Source: Ginglymostoma cirratum (Eukaryota). From it: a stretch of DNA of 64,000 nucleotides. This document shows, in pieces, positions 36,875 to 50,493 of the stretch. The stretch is taken from positions 625,770-689,769 of the forward strand of contig JAHRHZ010000092.1 in the NCBI GenBank assembly GCA_024137785.1, given 5' to 3'. Below the pieces are notes generated by a model, which did no database searches, had not been told where the DNA came from, and saw only the letters and a program-made list of their open reading frames with translations. The first letter of the stretch is position 1. Each line of letters begins with the position of its first letter. The translations under genes and the position numbers were made by a program.

Positions 36875-38430
36875 AAGGTGGCTAGGTCCCCAGGACCTGA
36901 TGGTATCTACCTCAGGTTATTGACAGAGGAAAGAGAGGAGATTGATGGTGCCTTGATCAAGATCTTTTTATCCTCACAAGCCACTGGACAGGTCCTGGAG
37001 TACTGATGTGCAGTAAATGTTGTTCTGCTGTTCAAGAAGGGAAATAAGGATAATCTAGGGAACTATAGACCAGTGAGTCTCACATTGTGGTTGGGAAGCT
37101 ATTGCAGAAAACTCTTAGGGATAGGATTTTCATGCATTTGGAAAAGCTTGGTCTAATTAGAGACAGTCAGCATGGTTTTGTGCAGGCAGGTCATGTCTTA
37201 CTAACTTGATTGAATTTTTCAAGGAGGTGATGAAGGTGGTCAATGAGGGTAGAGCAGTGGATGTTGACTGCACAGATTTTAGTACATCCTTCAACAAGGT
37301 CCCTCAAGGTAAGCTCATCCAGAAGATTACGATTCATGGGATCAATGGTGACTTTGCCACTTGGATTCAGAATTGGCTTACATATAGAAGGCAGAGAGTA
37401 CTGATGGAGGGGTGTTTTACTGGCTGGACGTCCATGACTAGTGGTGTTCTGCAGGGATCCATACTGGGACCTCTGCTTTCATGATATATAAAAATGACTT
37501 GGATGAAAATGTTGATGGGCGTGTTTGTAAGTTTGCAGACTATGCAAAGATTGCAGGAGTTGTGGATAGTGTTGAAGGTTGTCAAAGAATATTGCGGAAT
37601 GTAGGTCAGTTACAGTTATGGGCAGAGAAATGGCAGATGGAGTTTAATCCAGATAAGTGCACTTTGGGGAGACCAAATGTTAAGAAAAATTATATAGTTA
37701 ATGGCAGGACCCTGAACAGCATTGATATATAGAGGGATTTTGGGTTCAAGCCCGTAGCTCCCTGAAAGTGGCCACTCAACTGGATAGGATGGTAAAGAAG
37801 GCCTATGGCATGCTTGCTTTTATTGATTGTGGAGGAGAAGAGTCAGGATGTCTTGTTGCAGCTTTATAAGACTTTGTTTAGGCCACACTTAAGAGTATTG
37901 TGTTCATTTCTGGTCACCATTTTACAGGAAGGATGTGGAGGTTTTGGAGAGGGTGCAGAAGAGGTTTATCAAGATTTTGCCTGTGTTAGAGAGTATGAGC
38001 CATAAGGAGAGGTTAGAAAAACTCGGGTTGTTTTCTTTGGAGCAGCAGAGGCTGAGGGGAGACTTGATAAAGTCTATAAAAATTTGAGATGAATAGATAG
38101 GGTTGACATTAAGATTCTTTTTCCCAGAGTTGAAACGTCTAACACTAGAGGACATGCTTTTAAGGTGAGAGGAGGAAGTTCAAAGGAGATGTGAAGGGCA
38201 GCTTTTTTTTTTACACAGACAGTGGCAGAGTCTGGAAGACACTGCCAGGGGTGGTGGTGGAAGCAGATATGAAAGGGATTTTTAGATAAGCACATGAATA
38301 TGCAAGGGATGGAGATATATGGATCAAAGGCAGACAGAAGGGATTAGTTTAATTTGGCATCATGTTTGGCACAACATTGTGGGCTGAAGGGCCTGTTCCT
38401 GTGCTATGTTCTTCCATATTCTATGTTCTA
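36875..38430 (+). mobile_element. CR1-type LINE, 5'-truncated
   Basis: SGVLQGSILGPLL, KFADYAK, WAEKWQMEFNPDKC, and a 3' tail TTCTATGTTCTA. Confidence 0.9.
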
Positions 38431-40754
38431 ACTCTACGCTGTTGAATTTTCTCCAATCGTTATTTCTACCATTGATTACCTTTACAATTAAGAAGAACAA
38501 GAGAAGACCTCATTGAAATGAGCACAATTTTTAAGAGCCTTAATAATATGGATGCTGAGAGGACATTCCAACTTATGTGAAGCATTTAAATTTTTTAAAT
38601 AATTCATTCATGACTTGTGGGTGTCAGCATTTATTGCCCATCCCTAATTACCCAGAGCAATTAAGACTCAACCACATCGTTGAGAGTCTGGAATCATAGG
38701 TAGGCCAGAGCAGCTAAGGATAGCAGCTTCCTTTCCTAGCAGTTATTAGTGAATCTAGTGTTTTTCTTTCCCTCCAGACAATTGACATGGTCATCTTTAA
38801 ACTTTTAAATCCAGATTTTTTATTCAATTTAAATTCACCATCTACTATGGCAGAATTTGAACACAAGTCCCCAGAACATTCCCTGGGTCTCTGGATCAAT
38901 GGTCTAGTGATAATACCAATTAGGCTGTGGCCTCATATCAATTTTAAATTATGTTATGCTTCAGGGAAATATATTCGATGTTGTGCTATGTAAGTGCAGT
39001 TCACTGTTGTGACTCAGAGTAGCTGCAGGAAGTTGCAGCATGAGGCATGTTATCGTTGCCTTTACGTCTGTCTTTCAGTGGAGAACTGACAAAAATACTT
39101 TATTGATCCTCAGGACCTGATTTACATGGTTACTGACACCATTGAGGTGTTAAAAGTCAAATTGTGAGTCACATGCAGACATTTTGCTCAAATAGAATAT
39201 CAACATCAATGGTCTATTCACACAGTTGAAAGCTGTCCAGGTTTTCATGCCCCATTAAGAAGTGATGGTGAATCTAGACAGGGGAAACGACTAAAGTCCT
39301 GCATTGGCAGTCTCTGAATTTTCATATCTCCTCAATGGGCAATAAAGCATTTAGGAAAAATGAAGTGGAAATACAGAGAGAGGTGTAAATAAGAGATTGC
39401 AGTGGAAACAAAGGCACACAGGTGGAGAATTTTTAAGGTAATGACATATACAAACACAGATAAATAAATAGGGAGATAATTCAAAGCAAGAGAAACAGTG
39501 ATATGAAAGAGGTACAGATAGGAAAACAGCAAGATGGAAATTCCGAGAAAGAGATGAAAAGAAAGAAACCCACAAAGATTGACAGAAAGAATAACAAGGA
39601 GAGAGATATGACTAACAGAGTAATATTGTTAGGTAGAGTGAACATTAGACTTAGAAAGGATGAGACAGTACAAATGGCTGAAAAAGGAAAAGGGTGTGCC
39701 TTATAGAGAAATAAAGCAAGGAAACTCATACTCACAAAGACAAAGATTTTTAACAGAGGCATAGAGGCAAAGGAAACAAAAAAAAGAGCAGAAGAGACAT
39801 AGAGGGTATAAGTGAGAGAGATCTACAGACAGGTACAAAAGTACAGAGAGGAGTGGAGATACAGAAACTACTGGACATATGGAGAAAGGAACAAACTGAG
39901 ACAAGGTGAAAGGGAGGGAGAGACAGAGAGAGGAAGAGAGAGAGAGAGATAAAGTCAAGGACTAACAGGATGGTTGTGAGTGCATTACGCTTATTAATTT
40001 CATGTACGTCCTACTCCAGAAGTTAAAGAATGACTTTGTCCATTGTGCAACATTTTCTTAAACTTTCTCTCCTGTTCTGTCCCTACAAATCTGATTAGCA
40101 TTCCACTTTCAAGTATTTATCCAAATCCCTTTTCAAAAGCTGCTTTCAAATTTGCTTCCACCACAGTTTTAGGCAGTGCTGTCAACTGGTTGTGCAATTT
40201 TAAAAAAGAAATTTCTTTCCTTCTGGTTCTTTGGTCTACTACAATAAACCTGCTGTCTCCAGTTGCAGACTGTATCAAATGCAGTTTGTAAGACATGTTC
40301 TATGACTAACTCAATCAGTAGCATGTACCATATAAAATGGGCTGTAGCAACTTGTTTCTGGACAGCCCAACAACATTGAAGGCCAGAAATGTTTTGGAGA
40401 CTCTGTATTATTACCGGTCAAAGCTTCCACCTAAAATGCTGTTGACTCCTTTTAACCGGACTGCCTGAATGGCAGCTGTGATCTAATAGTACAATCACCA
40501 TACAATTCTAGTTTAGCAGGAGACTCTCCAGTTCTTACAAACTGCCATGAGTACATCAGATAAACAAGTTGAGTTGCTTATGTTATATCTTCCCTGGCCA
40601 TTAAGTCCTGAGGTAGATTTTGAATACATATCCAAGCTTAAGGATAATGATGCTATCGTTGCTACATAAAGATCTCCCTCCTACTTTTCTGAGATATTTG
40701 ATTATTTTAATAAGTTAAAAAGTCTATTGCTTATGAGTAAGAGTTAAAATATTA

Positions 40755-41360
40755 TTCATCGGCTGGGGCATTGAGTTTAAAAATTGGCAGGTAATGTTGC
40801 AGCTTTATAGAACCTTAGTTAGGCCGCATTTGGAATGTTGTGTTCAATTCTGGTCGCCACACTACCAGAAGGATGTGGTGGCTTTGGAGAAGGTACAGAA
40901 AAGATTTGCCAGGATGTTGCCTGGTATGGAGGTCATTAGCTATGAGGATAGTTTGGAGAAACTTGGGTTGTTCTCACTGGAACGACGGAGGTTGAGGAGC
41001 GACTTGATAGAGGTCCAGAAGATTATGAAGAGCATGGACAGAGTGGACAGTCAGAAGCTTGGAAGGGTCAGAAGGGTGGAAGAGTCAGTTACCGTGGGTT
41101 TAAGGTGCAAGAGGCAAGGTTTAACGAGGCAGGTTTTTTACACAGAAGGTGGTGGGTCCCTGGAACTCACTGCCGGGGGAAGTAGTGGAAGCAGATACTA
41201 TAGTGACTTTTAAAGGGTGTCTTGACAAATATATGAACAGGATGGAAATAGAGGGATATAGTCCCCGGAAGGGTAGGGGGCTTTAATTGTGATGGGCAGC
41301 ATGTCGGTGCAGGCTTGGAGGGCTGAAGGGCCTGTCCCTGTAATGTAATTGTTCTTTGTT
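40755..41360 (+). mobile_element. CR1-type LINE 3' fragment
   Basis: LYRTLVRPHLECCVQFWSPHY...LGLFSLERRRLRSDLIEV. Confidence 0.9.
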
Positions 41361-43709
41361 CTTATTATTTTATTTCTTCAAAATGAAACCTGTACTTTTG
41401 CTTTGGAACTTATGTTAGGTATACAATAAATGATCTATTCAACTTATGTATTGTGATAAACTGCAGTTTCCACCAGTTGTTCCCTTTACAAAACTATGTA
41501 ATTCAGTACCTCGTTTGAAGATATTCACAATGTGAAACGAAGGACTAGTGGAAATGCACAATAAGGGCAGCGTCAAAATAAAGCTCAAAACATGGGAAAC
41601 TCACAGCAGGTGTCGGACCTAATCTTTAAGAAATCACAGGCAATATTTACATGATAAAAGCTTTAAAATGAGAAAGCGCCAGCTGTTAGAAATTCACAGT
41701 AAATACAAGGACTGGAATGTGCCAGAAAGCAGTGGAACCCACACAAGATAAAGATAAAAGTAAACCTGCCAACTGAGCTCACTGAACCTCTTCCAACACA
41801 AGGTGTACAGTCTGTAAACAAACAACTTAAGAACTTTTATAGCACTACTAATGAATTGCAACGCCCAAATGCCTTCACATTTCCATTAAAAATGATAAAT
41901 GTTTCACAAAAATTGATAATAGGTCAAAAGTTCAAAAAGTTGGTCAAACAAGTTTGAAGGAGTTGTATCACTGAGGAAGTGACATCCAGGTGCAGGGAGC
42001 CATCAAAAGGCAATAGAAAAATGTAAAAACTGAAAGAATTGCATATGCTGTAACCAGGAATGAAAACAGAGGTTGTTGGAAAAGCAGAGGTTGTTTAGCA
42101 GCATCTGTGAAGAAAAAAATCAGACATAATGTTTCAGATCCAGTGACCCAGTGGAAAGAAGTAATTGAGTAGCCCAAGAGGCCAGAGTTAGATGAACTCA
42201 AGAACATCAGCATGTCAGAGGTTTGTGGACCTGGAGCAAGTTGCAGAGTCAGGGAACATTTCAAATATTTCAAAACGAGTACGAAGATTTTCAAAGATGC
42301 TGACATGTCAACAAGCTAGCTCATTTTGGTTGGATGGCTAGTTTTGCATTGCAGAGTGAAGACTACAGTGCAGGTTCAATTCCCACATTGCTGAGGTAAC
42401 CATGAAGATTACCATGTCAGTGAGGACTAGGCGGATAGGAGAATGTGACCAGATGCAAGTTAAGACTTAGGTGACAGCCCATTGGAATAAGATCAAGTTT
42501 GTAGAAAGTAGAAAGTAAGTGAGCAACCAAGAAAAAATGTAGGAAACACACAAAGGATACAAGGTCAAAATGGCAAACATAAATAGGTCAAAGCACGCAA
42601 AGGAAACACATTTCTGGAGGAAGCAATAGAATTGGTACATTACCATGCTATATAAATTCAGGATTACGTAATACAAGAGACAGCACAGATAATTAATGAT
42701 GGGGTGGGTGACAGCACATCAAAGTAATTGTAATTACGTCACTCAAATAAATGTTGGGACACAGAGCATTGAGGGGAATGATGGAAATATATTGGACTAC
42801 TTGCCTTAGTGGAGAATCTGGAGGTGGGATACAAGGTGCACACATACTTAGGTGCTTATGGCATTAGTAAATGCTTGAATTTTTCAGTCACTATATGGCC
42901 ATGTGTAAAATAGAGAATATATTGCCAGTTCCATTGCTCTTGAAAAGACAATTATGATCCACCTTCCTGAGCCAAGCAATGTGTCATAAGTATAGATCTT
43001 CCTAACAGTTTTACGGCTTTCTCTTTCATTTCTGAAAGCAACCACATAGTTGAGAGTCTGGACTCATAGACCAGACCATTTATGGCAGGCAAGTTACCTT
43101 GTTTTAGGGACATTAATGAAGTATTAATAAAAGAAATTAACTTTCTCTAGAATTTAGAAGGTTAAGGAGTGATCTGATTGAAGATTTCAAGATATTAACA
43201 TGCAAATACAGGGTAGATAATGATAGCTATTTCCACTAGTTGAGGATTCTAGAACTAGGTACCATAATTTGAGAACTAGGGCCAGACCATTCAGGAGACA
43301 TGTCAGGAAGCACATCTACACATGAAAAGTAATAGATGTTTGGAAGTCTCTTCCAGAAACAGCAATGAATCTAGGATCATTTGTTAATTTTAAATCTGAA
43401 ATTGATAATTTTATATAGCTTTACAGCTCAGCCGTGATCTCATTGAATAGTGGAACAGATTTGAGGAGCTGAATGATCTCCTCCTGTTCCTATGTTCACA
43501 TGAATTTCTGAGATAATCTACGGAACCTTTCCAAAATGAGTTTGTAATATCAAAGCTGCATTCACTTATAGAAATTAAATTATCTGTCATGGTAGTTTTT
43601 GATCTCATATCTCAAGATTATTAACTCACACATCTAGATTACTAGTCTAGTCAAATGACCACTCTTTAACGTAACTTACCCTTTAACGTAACATTCTGCT
43701 TCGTTTGCT

Positions 43710-43950
43710 CTGGTGGAAAAACACAATGGCTGTGGGTTGGCTTCTGTAATCAGCATGTTAAACCCACACACCAGGCTGACGTTCTGTTCATATTGCACCT
43801 GTTGACCTATTTAAATCTTTTGCAGCTGTTCTCTGATAAGCACACATCCTGCCTGTTTGTATTCTGTTTCTGCTTTCTGTGTAATTTGATTATGTTGCTG
43901 TATCTTATCAAAAGTTTCCTGATGAGCATTAAAACCGAAAAGTGCAGACA
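43710..43950. promoter_or_regulatory. Candidate TCR-beta 3' enhancer (cluster A)
   Basis: Non-repeat island containing CAGCTG (43823), TGATAAG (43834), CACACATCCTG (43841; = CAGGATGTGTG, ETS/RUNX-like), TGTGGGTT (43731), AACCCACA (43761), TGACG (43777) and CACCTG (43796). Confidence 0.45.
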
Positions 43951-46659
43951 AATTTGCAGGTGTTCAAGCCGATTAATTGAAATGATGGAACAGATGGAAG
44001 ACTGGGACTTGCTGAATTGCTCCCACCTAGTACCAGCATTGACTCAGGGTCAGAATGGTCTCCTTCTGTGTTATAACCATTCTTGTCACATAAAGAGGCA
44101 GAGAGAGAGTGCTTCCTCTGCTGCAAGAATTTTTGTAAGATCCTTAATCATATGTTCAGGAGCTCAGAAAATTATGTTCCTAATATTTTCTTTTGTGGCA
44201 TTGCATTACTTGGAGTTTTCAAGATTCAAGGATGATCAAATAATTTGATAAGTTAAGCAGAAAACAAATAACTGTTCAGGGTGGGATGTAGAATAAAGGA
44301 GAATATCTTTAAAATTAGAGAGGGTCATCCAAAATGATGTTATGAGGTGCTTTTTTCAGACAAGAGTAGAGGTAAACTAGAATTTGATTCTCCCAGTAAG
44401 TTCTTGAGGCTGCACAGTATCTTGAAAACATCAAAATGAAGATGTTTTAAAGACAAGGTTTTAAGTGTGACAGATGAGCTAAAGTTGAGCTAAGATGGAA
44501 GCAGACTATAATGTATTCAAATGGCAGTAGATGTTCAAGGGACTGAGTGGTCATTTCCTGTGGTCATGACGCTAGGGCAGTTGGGTGACAGTTTGGAAAC
44601 CCAGCAACACAATAAGGAAATTACCCTGATATGCACTTGTCCACAGTATGCATCACCTCACATGGTTGCTCACTATTAGTCTGATAGACTGGCTGCATCA
44701 TTGTCACAGGTTGTACAGCCATAATAATAGAAGTTCTGGCAAACATTTACTCATGCTTAGATGAGACATGTTCTGCTTGTTCATTATTCCCCAAGTTCAC
44801 AACTGCAGTCATCAAACAATACAGCACAGAATGAAGGTCAACCTAAGAGAGACCTATTCAACTAGCAAATAGCCCTGTGCTTAGCATATACGTATCAGAT
44901 TCATTTTCCAAAGTTATTTTTCAACCTCCAAAACCCTTTCAGAAAATGCATTTCAGACCACAACCTCAAATTATGTCATTTATTTCCTACATGCCACCTT
45001 TGGTTCCTTTACCTAAAATCTGTGATCTGTTGACTGTCTGAACTTCCAAAGAAGCAGCTTCTCTCTAATCTCTCTATCAAATCGTATTTCAGTAGCTCCA
45101 TCACGTTCCTCCACCTTCACTCCTTAATTTTACCATTCTAAAAGAATAATTGCTGCCTTTCTAATCCATCCAGCAACTGGAAGACCCTCCATGCTGGTAC
45201 CATTCTTGCAAATGCCTTCTATATTCTTGCTAAGACATTGAAGTCCTTCCTAATCTGGAAGAGCAAAGTAACTACTATGTTATATTCCTGTCAGCCCAGT
45301 GCCAATCTGATAAAAGGCATCAAAATTTTCTATGCTCCTAGCAAAACCTCAGTTTTCCCACCGTGGCAGATAAGTGATGCTTCCCTGTAACCTTAGCCCC
45401 CTACACCTTGCCCCAGTACCAGTTAGGCAATCTCCAGTAGGTTTCTTTGTTCTGAATGACTGAATAGTAGTTTCTCCAGCTTCTCTATAAAACTAAAATC
45501 CCTTATTAAATCAAGAATGTAGAATTAATGGGGCAACCAAGGCTGTGTGACACAGAAGACAAAGTAATCCTTTGCATAAACAGCAAAGCCAATACCAAGC
45601 ATTGTCCTCGCAGGCAACTTCAGAGTAACAGTCACAACTTCTGTTCCAATTTTTTTTTTCACAGACATGGCCAGATAATTTATATAAAACTAATAAAATG
45701 TATTGATTATTAGCTAGTGACAGACAAAAACACTAACAGGTTTTCAGGACTTACTACTAATTAAATAGATCTGTAGGTGTGAGTATTTCTGTACCCTGAC
45801 ATTGTAGTTCATGGTTAAATCCTGGCTCTTTTTCAGACTGCCTATCTCTCTTATTATTGCTTGGCAAATTTCAGTACCAATATCTATCTATCTAGACCCT
45901 GATTTACCCATGTATCTATCTGTCTGCCAACTGATCACTCTATTTATCTAGTTCCCCAACTCTTGTTGTCTCTTTCACTTTCCCTCTGTCCCATCTCTTT
46001 CTCAGGGTCTAATTTTCTCTCTGTTTTACACATAGCATATCTGAGATGACAGGAAAGTAATTTGAAGAAACCATAATTTGAAATGTGTGTTCATCCTGAG
46101 ATTCAGTAACAAAGATAAGCTGGGAGAATCAAAGCATGAAAATAAAAGCAATTAAGACTTTTTTTTTTGTAGGTGAAGGAGAAAAAGAAAATACTGAGGG
46201 GACATTGTAAGAAAGGAAGAAGTGACGAGGCACACTGGTCTGAATGATTTAAATGCAAGGAAACCAAAAAAAGAAACAATGAGAAAAGTAGGAAACAGAG
46301 GCCAAAACAGCAAAATGTAATGGAATGAAGGCATGAACGTAAAGCTAAAAGAAAAGCAAATAACTAGAGAGGAAAATAGAGATAAATATGAAAGAGAAAG
46401 CGAAGGAATGAAAATAATAGGCAAAGATTTGATAGAAGCAAAGTAGGGCAGAAGGGGAAAATGTGTTTTTGTAAAAGAAATTAAAAAGTGGAAACAGAAG
46501 AATCTAAAATGAAAGTTATGAAAACCAAAATGGACAGAGAAGGTGATTTTATGGAACTAAAGAAACGAAAATAGGAAAGTTATGATTAAATATAAAAAAG
46601 GTAACCATGGTCTTTAGCTGGAGAAATGTATCAATGACTTTTCAAAACACCTTCACATG

Positions 46660-46910
46660 GAGGTGGCACGTGGAAAGGACTCATTATTCTTATCACCAAG
46701 CAGGAGAAGACAGAACACTATCTCAGTCAGTAGGCCTCCTGACAAAGAGCACCATGACTGCAGCTAACCCATTCTGTTAAACCACAGAGCGAAACTTGTG
46801 TGCAATGACCTACTTTTGAAACCTCTCAGCAGAAAGCTGTACCACACCATTTAAACGCTCAGATCCCACAATTTCCGTTCAACCTGTTTTTCAGCGCAGC
46901 TGTGTGATGG
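46660..46910. promoter_or_regulatory. Candidate TCR-beta 3' enhancer (cluster B)
   Basis: CACGTG (46667), AACCACA (46780), ACCACA (46841), CCCACA-ATTTCCG (46865-46877), CAGCTG (46897). Confidence 0.4.
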
Positions 46911-47659
46911 CTTGTTTTTCTTTTCACTTGCAATTCAAGTATTATTTTGAAACAATATTTTTCAGAGATATCTGATCAACTTCAGTGATGATCCTTGATA
47001 TCATCTTTAAAGTCAGAAAACATGATCACCTTATCAAATTTGGCACTTAGTTGATAGCTTTCACAAAAATAAAATTACTCTTTACCTTTAATTATGGAAT
47101 ACCAGTAAACCTCTTGACTCTTCCTTCTTCCACTGTTATTGCTGACATTTGTTGAACTTTACATTTCACTTAAAGAAAATGTTCAGAGTGACTAAGGGAG
47201 CTGGGGCAGGTTTGAGTGTGGTGAATAAGATGACAAGAGGGTATTAATTGGAAGAGAGGTTACATGATTATAAACCCAACTGAATTCATGCAAGAGAGTG
47301 TGGCGATGGTGGACAGGGAGAGGAACAGAAAAAGTAAAAGACTTGGATATGCAAGGAGGGATAGCAAAAGAAAGTCAACGAGAGGGGAGGGGGAGAGGGA
47401 GAGAGAGAGAGAGAGAGAAATAGACAAACAAGGCTAGATGTGGAAAGAAAGAGCTGAAAACAAAAGGACAGTATGATTCATTCAGAAACTTAGATAAGAA
47501 AAGGAAATTAAAGATAAACTGCACAAAAGTAGGAGATAGAAGGAGACTGAGGGCAGGCATTGAAAAAGAGACAGAGAGAGACATGTTGGATAGACAGAGA
47601 AAGAAAGGAAAAAGAGACAGAGAGAGGGAAGGTGACAGTGAAAGGAAGGCAGATAGTTA

Positions 47660-49435
47660 GAAACAGAAAATGGAGCAGAAGCAGGCCATTCAGCCCTTCA
47701 AGTCTGCTCACCCTTTCAACATAATCAGGACTGATCATCCAACTCAGTACCTGTTCATGCTTTCTCCCAATATTCTTCAATCCCTTTAGCCTTGGGAACT
47801 GTTTATTGAAAACCTTAAATGTTTTGGCCACAGCCACTTTCTCTGGAAAAGAATTCCACAGGTGAACCTTAACACTAACCCCTCACCCTAATCCTAACTC
47901 TGTCACAGGCTTCCCATTCTCTGGGTGAAGAAATTTCTCCTCATCTCAGTGGCCTACCTTGTATCCTAAGACTGTGAGCCCTGGTTCTGGACTGTCCAAT
48001 AATTGGGAACTTACTTCCTGCTTTGCCACTGTAGTCCTGTTAGAATTTTATAGGTTTTTATGAAATACGACCATCATTCTTCAAAATGACATTGAATATA
48101 GTCACAATCAATCCAGTCTCTCTTCACACATCCAAAAAATTAGTCTGCTAAACCATTAGTGCAATCACCCAATTGTTAGAACTTCCTACCTTAGACAAGA
48201 AGTCCAAAACTGTACATAATATTCCAGGGTGTGTTCTTACCAAGGCCCAATAAAATTGCAGTAAGACATCTTGCTCCTGTACCCAAATCCCCTTGCTATG
48301 AAGGCCAATATACCATTTGTTTTCTTCACCTGCATGCTTACTTTCAGTAACTGATATACAAGGTTATCTTGTTATCATTGTACCTCGAGTCATAGATACA
48401 TACATCACGGAACCACGCCGGCCACGTTTCCCAAACCAGACCTGTTCCACTTCCCTGCATTTGGCCCATATCCCCCAAAACCTTTCCTATTCATGTTCCT
48501 ATCCAAATGTCTTTTAAATGTTATAACTGTAGCTGTATCTACCACCTCATCTGGCAGTTCATTCCACATATGAACCACTCTTTCTGTGTAAAAGTTGCCC
48601 CTTTGGTCCCTTTTAAATCTTTCTCTTCTCACCTTAAAAATATTCCCCTGGTTTTCAGCTCACCCACCCTAGGAAAACGACCTTTGTTATTTATCTTATC
48701 TACGCTCTTCATGATTTCATAAACCTCTATAAGGTCACCACTCAACTTCCCATGCTCTAGTGAAAAACACACCAGCCTATCCTTGTAACTCAACCCCACC
48801 AGTCCCAGCAACATTCTAGTAAAATCTTTTTGGAACAATCTCCAGTTTAATAATAACCTTCCCATGGCCTCCCACTCTGTCACTCTTCAGGTAATAATCT
48901 GCCTTCATATTTTTGCTACCAAAGTGGATAACCTCACATTTATCCATATTATACTTCAAGCATGGTGCATTTGCCCATTCACTCAGTTTTTCAGAAAATC
49001 ACACAGCCATCTCTGCTTTCTCATTACGGCTCATCATCCTCCTAGATTCGTTTTGTCTGAAATCATTTTAGTTTCATATCTAAGTCATTATTACGTATTG
49101 TAAATGTCTGGGGTTCAGCACAGACCCCTATGATACTCTGCTAGTCACTGCCTGCCACTCAAAAATCAGTATATTCCTATTCCTATCTGTCAACCAGTTT
49201 TCTACCCAAGTTAGCACACCATCCCACATGCTCTAATTTTATACACAAACGTAAATCCAATGTCTTATTTGGAAACCTATTGTGGGTGTTCTGAAAGTCC
49301 AAGTAAACTGCAGGATCTGGCTCACCCTTAGCAACTGTAATAATTATATCCTCACAAAAACCAACAAGATTTGTCAAACATGATTTCCCTTTCCTGAATC
49401 CACGCTGACTCTGTGCATTTCCATCACTGTTTTCC
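47660..49435 (-). mobile_element. Nested CR1-type LINE fragments
   Basis: FYTERVVHMWNELPDEVV, GDLIEVYEIMK, TNLVGFCED...VYLDFQ. Confidence 0.8.
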
Positions 49436-49759
49436 TAAGTGTTTTTCATAATTATCATTGGACTCTTAACTCTAGATTTTATTTTAAGAATTCTACCTTC
49501 TGCCATAGTAGAATTTCAATGCAGGTCCCCCAGAATATTATCGTTAGATAATAAGGCAATGCCACTAGACCATCACTTCTTTTGGAAATGCGATGAAGGC
49601 AACTTCCCTGTATATCTCTTCTCATGTGTTATCCTTTGATACTTTCATTGACAACATTCAACATAATATATATTGGAAAATGGCTGGGAAATGTAATGCA
49701 AAGGACATGGGGTAAAATTCAAATAATAAATGAAAAGTCAAATTATTTTTCAAAACATT

Positions 49760-49765
49760 TTTATT
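49760..49765 (-). terminator. Candidate polyadenylation signal of TRBC
   Basis: AATAAA on the minus strand about 700 nt after the stop codon, followed by T-rich sequence. Confidence 0.5.
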
Positions 49766-50466
49766 TCTTAAACAATTAACAGGTAGCAATATATACAGAG
49801 ATCATACGTGACATGTCTATACTAGATCTACTGAGGACTTTGTGACAAATAATGCATGATTCTATTCTCCATTTTCATTGCAATCTGCAAGGTGATAGCA
49901 TTGATATTTGCATTAAAGGGATTTTGAGTTACAAAGGCTTTCTACTGCCTCATAATATATATGGCTTTACAAAAATATGATTTGGGATGTAGAAATTTGC
50001 TTGCATAGCTGGATTAGAGAAACTGGGATGGTTGACCTTGTAATTAATTGGAACTGATTGACACTGAAAGAACAGGCACATGCGTAATTGGTTGAATATT
50101 CTCCTCTTGCATCTAATCTCTCTAATTCTATTTAGAGATTTTGAAAAAAGCTAGCATTGGATAATGAACGACAGACTGGTACAGGAATTGTGCAACTTTG
50201 AAATTTAATCTATTCAAACTACTGACAAAGAAATTAAACAATGAAAATAATTATTCTAGTTGAAAAAGGAAGATCAAGGCATAAATTTTTCTGATAATCT
50301 CAAGCAACACTTGAGAGTCAGGGGAAAGGTCAAAGTTACACTAGTACAGCAGGAATGGACCGGATAAAGTTACTCATCGATATTCACAATACACTGGTTT
50401 TGTCTCTCCTTCTGCTTTCATGTGTTCTGCTGTTATCCATCCACTGAGTTCACTGCTTTGTAATGG

Positions 50467-50493
50467 TCAGTCAAACCTTTTTCTGGAAGTGAC
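50467..50493 (-). CDS. TRBC: TCR beta constant exon 4 (cytoplasmic tail)
   Basis: AATAG|GTC ACT TCC AGA AAA AGG TTT GAC TGA = VTSRKRFD*. Phase 0, matching the exon 3 donor. Confidence 0.85.
   Translation of the reverse strand, partial: VTSRKRFD

Noticed and set aside
39332-39960. Hydrophobic or Lys/Glu-rich ORFs (also 24045-24300, 46152-46424, 47375-47660)
   Set aside because: Translation artefacts of purine-rich low-complexity tracts.
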